A stretch of DNA of 16,907 nt from Candidatus Heimdallarchaeota archaeon (lineage in GTDB: Archaea; Asgardarchaeota; Heimdallarchaeia; Heimdallarchaeales; Heimdallarchaeaceae). The DNA lies in assembly GCA_030668825.1 (NCBI GenBank), contig DAOVET010000051.1, positions 1 to 16,907 on the forward strand, written 5' to 3'. Positions 8,190 through 15,477 of the stretch are shown here, piece after piece; the first letter of the stretch is position 1; every line of letters begins with the position of its first letter. The position numbers were made by a program, and so were the translations under genes. The notes beneath the pieces are model-generated. The model searched no databases. It was not told the origin of the DNA and saw only the letters and a list, made by a program, of their open reading frames with translations.

Positions 8190-8227
8190 CCCAAAGGCTC
8201 TTAACTATAAAACATTTATCCTTTGGG
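8190..8227 (-). promoter_or_regulatory. TATA-like box flanked by an 8-bp inverted repeat, upstream of the 8169/7769 gene pair
   Basis: CCCAAAGG (8190-8197) and CCTTTGGG (8220-8227) enclose minus-strand TTTTATAG (8212-8205). Confidence 0.4.
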
Positions 8228-8298
8228 TTAGATCTGTATTCTAGGCATATTTGAATGTCTAAAACATGAAATAATAGGAAAAAGAAACAGTTTATTTT

Positions 8299-8958
8299 CT
8301 ATTTTTGTACTTGAACCTCTTGTGAAGATTCTGCTTTTTTGAGTTGAATTGATACATAGATGAACCTTTGAAGTACTGTTAGAACACACAGAGCTGTTAA
8401 AATCATATACCCTAAAGAGAAATATGAAATAGGTTCTCCTGCAATCAACCATCTTTCTGTTATGAATACTTGATTTGGAACAATTACTGCTACAAACAAC
8501 AATACCATCAAAACCATCCATCTTTCGGCTCTTTCCATAATACCTACAGTCATCCTACTAATTCCTACACTCTCCCCCTTGGCTCGAATATAACTGATCA
8601 GAAGAGCTGAACCTACCATTATACCACCGGTTACTCCATCTACCCAGTCACTGAAGATTATGCCAGTAAAGACTGCTAGGTCACTGACTCTATCGATGAC
8701 GCTGTCGATGAAGGATCCCTTCTTTGAATCTAAATTTCTGTATCTTGCTACACCCCCATCGACGAAATCCATTGCCCCAGCAAACCAAACAAAAATAAAT
8801 CCAACTAGCGGATTTTCATAAGCAAGAAAAACACCTGCTGCTACTGATAATAACAAACCAATATATGTGAAGACAGTTGGGTGAATTTTCATTTTCGCAA
8901 AGAAAATAATTATAGGTTGACCGAGTTTTGAAAGTGGTTCTCGTATCTGCGAAATCAT
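8299..8958 (-). CDS. pgsA: CDP-alcohol phosphatidyltransferase, likely archaetidylinositol phosphate synthase
   Basis: Family signature DFVDGGVAR-x8-GSFIDSVIDR and HPT start of TM1. SYIRAKGES and GIMERAER are typical of the PIP/AIP synthase subfamily. Confidence 0.88.
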   Translation of the reverse strand: MISQIREPLSKLGQPIIIFFAKMKIHPTVFTYIGLLLSVAAGVFLAYENPLVGFIFVWFAGAMDFVDGGVARYRNLDSKKGSFIDSVIDRVSDLAVFTGIIFSDWVDGVTGGIMVGSALLISYIRAKGESVGISRMTVGIMERAERWMVLMVLLFVAVIVPNQVFITERWLIAGEPISYFSLGYMILTALCVLTVLQRFIYVSIQLKKAESSQEVQVQK

Positions 8959-9118
8959 TAGTCAAGGTAAATTTATATCGTCTGCTTTTTAATGTTTCTG
9001 TAATGTTTGTTGAATTACAAGTTACAGAAATATTTAAAAAATAAAGCCTCTACTATATTATCTGCACATAAAACATCCATTTGGTTAATATTTATTTTTT
9101 TTCCTGATAGACAGTATA

Positions 9119-9490
9119 TTATGAGACCTTAATGTTCAGGATTTCTTCCATTTCATTCATCTTGATGAGGATGATTCTTGTAGTTCTTCTTTTATTTGTG
9201 TCACTAACCATATCGTAGGAATTTTGTGAAAATCTATTACCAATGATTATTGCCCCATCACAATTCATATCACTTATTTGATGCTCAGTTCTGATGATGG
9301 TATTTGTTCCTATACTCTTCTTCCAATGATAAGCAAAAACTGCAAACTTTTGATCTTCATTTTCAACAATATATGGTAAAATTCTACCACTATTATCTAT
9401 CTTATCTTTTTTTAGTTTCTTTACTTTGCCATATCTATTAAGAAATTGACCAACTTTTTCCTGAAATCCTAATTCGTTCATATCGCTCAA
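9119..9490 (-). CDS. Small restriction-endonuclease-like (Mrr-cat / PD-(D/E)xK fold) protein with degenerate active site
   Basis: The pattern SGR...YIVE...FAVFAYHWKKSIGTNTI...DGAIIIGNRFS...IILI follows the Mrr-cat layout. The start is TTG 9490 or ATG 9481. Confidence 0.65.
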   Translation of the reverse strand: MSDMNELGFQEKVGQFLNRYGKVKKLKKDKIDNSGRILPYIVENEDQKFAVFAYHWKKSIGTNTIIRTEHQISDMNCDGAIIIGNRFSQNSYDMVSDTNKRRTTRIILIKMNEMEEILNIKVS

Positions 9491-9578
9491 CTAACAATTT
9501 TTGTCGGAATATTTGATTGTTGGTAACTCCATAGTATTACTAAAATAAAAGTGTTTGGTGTTAAGGTAAGAAAAAAAC

Positions 9579-9896
9579 TCATCTTCGGGTTCTCATTTTA
9601 AGAGTGTCTTTATCTTTTTCTTCTTCTTCTTGTTTATCACTTGAGGGAGCAGAACCTCTATGTGAGGATCTCATGGTGAGAAGAATAATTCCAACTCCAA
9701 GGACTCCAAGTGCAATGAACATAACATAGCTATTATCGGCCCAAATTGAATATGAAAGAATAAGAAGAATTATACCTAAACTGAAGAAACTTATGACAGC
9801 CATTGTATAAAATAGTTTGAATTTTGGTCTTTGCATCAATGGAAGTTTGATTCCAGTTTCTGGTTCAGGTTCTTTTTTTCTCTTCTTTGAGCTCAT
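9579..9896 (-). CDS. Small two-TM membrane protein of unknown function
   Basis: ATG lies 6 nt after GGTGA. Two hydrophobic helices sit between charged termini. It starts 24 nt downstream of the EMC6-like gene, and a T7 tract follows the stop. Confidence 0.8.
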   Translation of the reverse strand: MSSKKRKKEPEPETGIKLPLMQRPKFKLFYTMAVISFFSLGIILLILSYSIWADNSYVMFIALGVLGVGIILLTMRSSHRGSAPSSDKQEEEEKDKDTLKMRTRR

Positions 9897-9920
9897 TTGA
9901 TCTCACCCTGTACATCTGAC

Positions 9921-10346
9921 TTATTCTTTAATTGGGAAAAACCAGTCAGTAGGGGGAACATATGTTATATTCCATATTAGCGCCCATACAGCTATAAATG
10001 TTAGGAAATACTGAAACATGGCAGACATATAATATTGACGTACTTTAATTCCTGTTTCTATCTTTCTATATCTTAGAAACCAGAAAGTAGAAATTGCTAA
10101 GAATATGGCTAACATTGTTAATCCTGCGGGCCATGCAACAAAATTAGACACACCAAAGATGATTCCACCAACAAATGCTGTAAGAACTTTGGACCAGTAA
10201 ACCTTGTCAAGTGTAGGCATATTCTTTATTTTTTCAATAATGTTTTTAGGTTTCAATCCCTCTTTTGTTTTCTTATATCCTCGGGATATCTTCCCTTTCA
10301 AATAACTTTTAACTCGGATAAATATTCCTTTTACATCAAGACGCAA
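9921..10346 (-). CDS. EMC6 / RAB5IF (OPTI, Rab5ip family)-like three-TM membrane protein
   Basis: LDKVYWSKVLTAFVGGIIFGV...AGLTMLAIFLAISTFWF...AMFQYFLTFIAVWALIWNITY matches, by eye, the family layout LDxxYW..GxxxG / G-led TM2 / Fx3WxxxY-like TM3. The start is uncertain: TTG 10346 (5 nt after GGTGA, preferred), GTG 10355, TTG 10367 or ATG 10220. Confidence 0.72.
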   Translation of the reverse strand: MRLDVKGIFIRVKSYLKGKISRGYKKTKEGLKPKNIIEKIKNMPTLDKVYWSKVLTAFVGGIIFGVSNFVAWPAGLTMLAIFLAISTFWFLRYRKIETGIKVRQYYMSAMFQYFLTFIAVWALIWNITYVPPTDWFFPIKE

Positions 10347-10351
10347 TTTAC

Positions 10352-10361
10352 TCACCGGTGA
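10352..10361. promoter_or_regulatory. Palindrome TCACCGGTGA giving a GGTGA Shine-Dalgarno-like motif on both strands
   Basis: Perfect 10-bp palindrome at the head-to-head junction. In-frame TTG (10346, minus) and ATT (10367, plus) each lie exactly 5 nt after GGTGA. Confidence 0.5.
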
Positions 10362-12385
10362 TTTCAATTAAGACTTCATTATCAAGCATTGACTTAGCTG
10401 CTCTGGTTGCTGAAATACGGCCAAAGATTGTTGACAGCTGGGTTAACAATATTTATTCAATCGGGGAAAATTTGGTTATATTAAGGTTTCGCAAGGCAAC
10501 AGAAAGTCCTTTTGAACTCTTAATAGAACCAGGAAAGCGAATCCATATAACCAACTATGAGAGAAAGAAACCTACTACGCCTAACAATAAAGTCCTATCA
10601 ATGAGGAAACATATTAGGGATTTACCAGTTAAGAATTTTTATCAGAAAAAAATTGATAGAGTTATTGTTATTGAAATTGCTTACAAAGGTGGATTTTACA
10701 AGCTTGTAGTAGAGCTTTTTGGAAATGGAAATCTCATTTTAATCGGTCCTAACGATAAAATTATTCTTGCATACAAATACCGAAGAATGAGAGATCGTGA
10801 TATTCATCCTGGAAAAGAATACATTTTTCCCCCTACATCTTCAGATAACATCACTAATCATACAGAATCCACCATTATTGAAAAGATTACGAGTTCTTCA
10901 GGAAAAAATATTGCTGTTTTAAATGAAATGATGGACTTAGGACCTATTTACTCAAAAGAAGTACTTGCTCGTGCAGGGATAGTCTCAAAGAACTCAGAAG
11001 AACTAAAAGAGAATGAAATTAAGAAGATATGTGAAGAAGTTCTATCCCTTCAAGAAATTATTAAAAACACTGACTTCGAACCAATCAAATACTTAGATGA
11101 GGGTGAAATGGTTGATATTACACCCATACCTCTTTCTCGTTATGAAGACCTTGAACAAATAGAGGTCAGTTCATTTAATGATGAGCTTGATGAGTTCTTT
11201 TCACTTTCTGAAGAAGAACCTGAATTTGTTGAAGATAGGTCACAAATTTCTAGTAAATTAACAAAATATCAGAAGAAGCTTTCAAATCAAGAGAAACATT
11301 TAGAGAAACTCAGGAATCAAGAAATAGACGAGAAGAAGAAAGGTGATTTAATATATTCCAATTTTGTAAATGTAGAAGAGCTTTTAACAACAATTTTACA
11401 GGCTAGAAGGTCTGATGTTTCTTGGGAGGAAATAATGTCCAAATTATCGTTAGCAAAAGAAAAAGAAATACCTTCAGCTAAGATATTGGAGAAAATAGAA
11501 CCAAAAACAAAAACGATTGTTGTTAAACTTCTAGATAATGAATCAGGAAATCATGAATTACTTGAATTAGATTTTACAAAAACATTAACTGAAAGTGCAA
11601 ACTTATTCTATAAAAAGGCTAAGAAAGGTAGAAGAAAAATACCAGGTGCATTACAAGCTATAGAACGGACTAAAATCCAAATTGACGATACTGAATCAAC
11701 CAAAGAAGTAATTGTGAAAGAAAAGGAAAGCAAACCTCTGGTTGTCAAACGCTCAAAGAAATGGTATGAGAAATTCCATTGGCTCATTTGTCAAGAACAT
11801 ATAGTTATTGGAGGGACTGACGCAAAAGTGAATGAGCGAATCTTGAAAACATATTTAGATGATAACGATTTGTTCTTCCATGCAGATGTTCATGGAGCTC
11901 CTTATGTTGTAGTTAAGGGTGGTCAAAGTGGTCTTTCTGATGAGTGCATCAAAGAGATAGCTACTTTTGCACTTAATTATTCTAGTTTATGGAAGGACAA
12001 AAAATTGGTTGGAGATGTTTACCATGTACTTCCAGATCAAGTAAGTTTAACTGCTCCCTCAGGTCAATTCTTAGCTAAAGGAAGTGTAATGATCTATGGT
12101 GAAAAAACCTATTCCAAAAATATTGAAATAGATCATGCAATAGGGATAATTCTTTACGAGAACTATGCACAAGTTATTGGAGGTCCCGCTAGTAGTATTA
12201 GCAGTAAGACTGATATTTATGTTCAGATAAAACCCGGAGATATTCCTAAGGGAAAAATTGTAAAAGATGTAAAAGGAAAACTACTTACACAATGTCAAGA
12301 AGAAGAGAAATACAAAATTGATGCGTTGACAGTAAATGATTTTTTATCATTCATCCCAGGAGATTCAGATATAGTTAGAATGTAA
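10358..12385 (+). CDS. rqcH: Ribosome quality-control protein RqcH/Rqc2 (NEMF homologue, NFACT family)
   Basis: N-terminal LSSIDLAALVAE, NFACT-N IDRVI...VELFGNGNLIL, HhH GPIYSKEVL and a central coiled coil. These are followed by WYEKFHW, IGGTDA, NFACT-R HADVHGAP and APSGQFLAKGSVMIYG. Confidence 0.95.
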   Translation: MISIKTSLSSIDLAALVAEIRPKIVDSWVNNIYSIGENLVILRFRKATESPFELLIEPGKRIHITNYERKKPTTPNNKVLSMRKHIRDLPVKNFYQKKIDRVIVIEIAYKGGFYKLVVELFGNGNLILIGPNDKIILAYKYRRMRDRDIHPGKEYIFPPTSSDNITNHTESTIIEKITSSSGKNIAVLNEMMDLGPIYSKEVLARAGIVSKNSEELKENEIKKICEEVLSLQEIIKNTDFEPIKYLDEGEMVDITPIPLSRYEDLEQIEVSSFNDELDEFFSLSEEEPEFVEDRSQISSKLTKYQKKLSNQEKHLEKLRNQEIDEKKKGDLIYSNFVNVEELLTTILQARRSDVSWEEIMSKLSLAKEKEIPSAKILEKIEPKTKTIVVKLLDNESGNHELLELDFTKTLTESANLFYKKAKKGRRKIPGALQAIERTKIQIDDTESTKEVIVKEKESKPLVVKRSKKWYEKFHWLICQEHIVIGGTDAKVNERILKTYLDDNDLFFHADVHGAPYVVVKGGQSGLSDECIKEIATFALNYSSLWKDKKLVGDVYHVLPDQVSLTAPSGQFLAKGSVMIYGEKTYSKNIEIDHAIGIILYENYAQVIGGPASSISSKTDIYVQIKPGDIPKGKIVKDVKGKLLTQCQEEEKYKIDALTVNDFLSFIPGDSDIVRM

Positions 12386-12410
12386 AATCTGGGCCATATT
12401 GACTAATAGT

Positions 12411-12426
12411 GAAAAACCTTTAAAGG
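12411..12426 (+). promoter_or_regulatory. BRE/TATA-like promoter of the CBS - Mut7-C - AMMECR1 unit
   Basis: GAAAAA-CCTTTAAAGG ends about 32 nt before ATG 12459, which argues against the TTG 12399 start. Confidence 0.5.
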
Positions 12427-12458
12427 TACCAAATTTATTTGTTATTATAGAACAAAGG

Positions 12459-13058
12459 ATGAAGAAAATGAAATCTATCTTCGACGAGAAAAAATTCGAT
12501 ATGGCTGTAAAAGAAATTATGACTAAGAATGTTATTACAATTACACCAAAAACCTCAACTGAAGTTTGTGCAAAGCTTATAATTGAAAATCGAATCGGAT
12601 CTGTAGTTGTAGTTGATAATGATGGAAAAACCATTGGTATCATTACTAAAGAGAATTTAATCAAACATGTAATTGCTAAGAACAAAAGAGCTGACAGTGT
12701 TACTGCAGATGAAGCCATGTCTTCACCGCTAATTACAGCATCTCCATCCCTAACTATCATTCAAGCCATGCAAACCATGTTTAAAGAAGGTATAAGACAT
12801 CTTGTCATCACGAATTCTGGAGGACAAGTCGTTGGAATGTGTACAGATACCGACGTCTTCAAAGTAGTCCCTCAATTAATCTTATTAGAACAAGAATATC
12901 TTAAATTGATGTCAGAAGGCATAGAGGAAGATGTAGGCGCTGATTATGCAGGTTATTGTGATGATTGTAAAGAATATTCCGATAAACTGATTTTCGATAA
13001 AAGTTTATACTTGTGCTCTAATTGTGCTCCTGAAGAGTTGATAGAGATTAATGAGTAG
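12459..13058 (+). CDS. CBS-pair protein with C-terminal zinc ribbon
   Basis: Two CBS repeats (VKEIMTKNVITITP...IGIIT; ADEAMSSPLITASP...IRHLVI...VGMCTDTD) and GYCDDC-x15-CSNC. The start is ATG 12459 or 12468. Confidence 0.9.
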   Translation: MKKMKSIFDEKKFDMAVKEIMTKNVITITPKTSTEVCAKLIIENRIGSVVVVDNDGKTIGIITKENLIKHVIAKNKRADSVTADEAMSSPLITASPSLTIIQAMQTMFKEGIRHLVITNSGGQVVGMCTDTDVFKVVPQLILLEQEYLKLMSEGIEEDVGADYAGYCDDCKEYSDKLIFDKSLYLCSNCAPEELIEINE

Positions 13059-13509
13059 TTTTTATGCAGACTCAATGTTAGGGAAACTATCGCGATATTT
13101 ACGTTTTTTAGGATTTGATACTTTATACCGTACTACTGAATCCGTTGATGAAATGCTCCAAGTTTCTGAGGATGATGATAGAATTGTTCTCTCTAGATCT
13201 CGAGATGTTTTCCAATCATGTAGTAAAAGGAAAATACAAACTCTCCTTATCTCAAATGTTGATGTTTCTGGGCAGCTTAAGGAAATAAAAGACAACTTTA
13301 ATGCAAACTTTGTTTATCCTCCTTTAAAAATGCGATGCAGTGTCTGCAATGGTGATTTGAAAGAGAAAAGCAAATTAGATATTTTGAATAGAATCCCTGA
13401 GGGAACTGCTATGAACTATGATGATTTTTGGGAATGTTCAAAGTGCTTCCAAATTTACTGGCTTGGTAGCCACTGGGAAGATATAAAAAAGACAATAAGT
13501 GAACTATAG
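13051..13509 (+). CDS. Mut7-C RNase domain protein (PIN-like fold with zinc ribbon)
   Basis: FYADSMLGKLSRYLRFLGFDT, RCSVCNG and FWECSKCFQIYWLGSHW. It overlaps the CBS gene by 8 nt. Confidence 0.9.
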   Translation: MSSFYADSMLGKLSRYLRFLGFDTLYRTTESVDEMLQVSEDDDRIVLSRSRDVFQSCSKRKIQTLLISNVDVSGQLKEIKDNFNANFVYPPLKMRCSVCNGDLKEKSKLDILNRIPEGTAMNYDDFWECSKCFQIYWLGSHWEDIKKTISEL

Positions 13510-13523
13510 TAATAGTGAGATAA

Positions 13524-14129
13524 ATGGAAATTGAGGATGAAACTGGTATTTATTTAGTTAAATTAGCGAGGTTTGCTGCGAAACAATGGATTGTAGATAA
13601 TTTAAAGCCACAAGCTACAGAGCCAATCCCTTCACAAGCTGAAACTGTCACAGGAGCTTTTGTCACAGTTAAAACCCAAATTGATGGTCTTACATCTCTG
13701 AGAGGATGTATAGGTTATCCAATAGGCACCAAGCCATTATATGAAGCGGTTATTGATTTGGCCAAATCTTCCACGATGGGAGATCCTAGATTTTCTCCAG
13801 TTGAGAAAGCTGAATTTCCTGAGTTAGTTTTTGAAGTTACAATTATGACTCCTCCTCAAATAATAGTATATGAAACACCCCAAGAATTACTTGATCAAAT
13901 AACTGTACCTGGTGATGGTCTAATAGTTGAATTCAAAGGAAGTAAGGGCTTGTTACTCCCTCAAGTTCCAATAGAAAAAAATTGGAATAAGGAAGAATTT
14001 CTATCATATACTTGCAGAAAAGCTTACTTACCAACTAATATTTGGGAAAAAGAGAAGCTTAACGTTCAAAAATTCCAAGGTATTATTTTTTCCGAAGAAT
14101 ATCCTGATGGAGAAATTATTAGACATTAA
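13524..14129 (+). CDS. AMMECR1 family protein
   Basis: GAFVT, LRGCIG, DPRF, DGLIVE, GLLLPQV, WNKEEFL and KFQG. Confidence 0.93.
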   Translation: MEIEDETGIYLVKLARFAAKQWIVDNLKPQATEPIPSQAETVTGAFVTVKTQIDGLTSLRGCIGYPIGTKPLYEAVIDLAKSSTMGDPRFSPVEKAEFPELVFEVTIMTPPQIIVYETPQELLDQITVPGDGLIVEFKGSKGLLLPQVPIEKNWNKEEFLSYTCRKAYLPTNIWEKEKLNVQKFQGIIFSEEYPDGEIIRH

Positions 14130-15100
14130 TTGATTAGAACTGAAAGAAAATCTTCTATTTCGTATTTATCAACATCAACTGCTAGATGAGGGACAAATAT
14201 TGGAATAGAGGTGGGGATTTCAGATGAAATCTTATTGAAAATTGCTTTTGTCATTGTTATTGCTAAACATTGATTTTCTCTATAGAAATCAAGCATTTGG
14301 CTGATTTCGAATTCGTTAGCTAGTAGAAACAAACGATTTTCTTCATTTTTCAGCTTTGGTTGTAAATCCAACATCTTGTGTAATAATTGTAAGGTTTCAT
14401 CATTGATATTCTCTTGATTTTCAATCGAATAAACATATGTTATACCTCCTCTTTTATAGAGATGTAAAATATTTGAAATATCTTCATCTTCATTTGAAGC
14501 AATAACTAATACTCGACCTTGACTTTCAACTGGAAGGCCCCCCATGCCTTTAGATATCCTATCGAAAATGTAAGCATTCTTATCCCTTACTTCAACCTGC
14601 AAGGTGTACTCTGGTTTATCAAGATTGACTTTTAGTTTTTTATTGACATTGTTTTCAAGAATAAATTCACCGATAATTGCTCCTAATTCTACACTGGAAA
14701 AAGAATGTTTTCCTGTTCTTCTAGCTCTTACTGCGAAAGACATTCCTTCTTTAAAATTTTGAAAGAAAAATTCTTTAACACACTCTTTAATTTCTTCCAA
14801 ATTCGATGAACAGGATCTTACAATGCTCAAACTAGAAACACCAGGTACCAAATGAGCTATGAACTTCTCTGTTTCAAGTAGTTGAGAGCTTTCAACAAAA
14901 ATTCGACTATAATCATTTATGACTTTATAGTCTGATATTCCATATAATCTTAAAACATACCCAATGTGTGTTACTAAACATTTAGTCAACCATCTTCGTG
15001 TTTTTGAACCTTTTATTGCTATCTCTGAAAACCTAACCATAATAAAAGAAGAATAACCATTATCAGCTTTTGGTGTGCTCTTAGGATTATTCTGTTTCAA
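14126..15100 (-). CDS. ThiI-like THUMP-domain protein with degenerate PP-loop domain
   Basis: ThiI N-terminus VRFSEIAIKGSKTR, THUMP SFAVRARRTGKHSFSSVELG...VNLDKPE and linker GMGGLPVESQGRVL. The SGGxDS loop reads SNEDED, and a downstream KRG is retained. Confidence 0.85.
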   Translation of the reverse strand: MKQNNPKSTPKADNGYSSFIMVRFSEIAIKGSKTRRWLTKCLVTHIGYVLRLYGISDYKVINDYSRIFVESSQLLETEKFIAHLVPGVSSLSIVRSCSSNLEEIKECVKEFFFQNFKEGMSFAVRARRTGKHSFSSVELGAIIGEFILENNVNKKLKVNLDKPEYTLQVEVRDKNAYIFDRISKGMGGLPVESQGRVLVIASNEDEDISNILHLYKRGGITYVYSIENQENINDETLQLLHKMLDLQPKLKNEENRLFLLANEFEISQMLDFYRENQCLAITMTKAIFNKISSEIPTSIPIFVPHLAVDVDKYEIEDFLSVLIN

Positions 15101-15347
15101 GAAAATCTATTCCTTCAATAAATCGTTCTCGCCTTGCCTCAAGCTCTGCTTCAGATAAACCTTCATCATCGTTTACTTCGACTACTTCAGTTAAGTCACT
15201 AGTTTTGTGTTCAACTTCATCTTGAACCTCGTAACTTTCACTTTTCTCTAGTTTATCTTCATAACCACATTTAGCACAATATAGCATTTTTGATTTTCCT
15301 TTCTTCTTAGGAATCAGTAGCTTTCCACATTCTGGGCAGAATTCCAT
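15087..15347 (-). CDS. TFS / RNA polymerase subunit M (Rpb9/A12/C11-like) paralogue with only the N-terminal zinc ribbon
   Basis: MEFCPECGKLLIP...LYCAKCGYE, then a linker and an acidic helical tail. There is no second CxxC pair and no RSADE loop. Confidence 0.82.
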   Translation of the reverse strand: MEFCPECGKLLIPKKKGKSKMLYCAKCGYEDKLEKSESYEVQDEVEHKTSDLTEVVEVNDDEGLSEAELEARRERFIEGIDFLETE

Positions 15348-15477
15348 CGTATATCACTGAAAATATCTGATTTTTTTGCTATATGTCATTTCAGACTTTT
15401 GAACCTTTCTGTTTGATACAAAATTGCTCAAACACTTAAAATGCTAACTCTGATGTACAAAGTTTTTATTTAGCTTA

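Noticed and set aside
8228-8521. 97-aa minus-strand ORF
   Set aside because: It is an alternative frame overlapping the AIP synthase 3' end, with no SD or motif.
9491-9532. In-frame MELPTIKYSDKNC-TAG directly before the 9490 ORF, suggesting pyrrolysine readthrough
   Set aside because: The ATG lies only about 10 nt after the TATA-like TTTTATTT, so it is probably upstream of the TSS. No pyl genes are in the window, and TAG ends several normal genes here.
12365-12760. 131-aa minus-strand ORF (also 13062-13295)
   Set aside because: These are antisense shadows of the CBS and Mut7-C genes.
14126-14129. Convergent genes sharing a TTAA double stop
   Set aside because: The overlap is real but common in compact AT-rich genomes.
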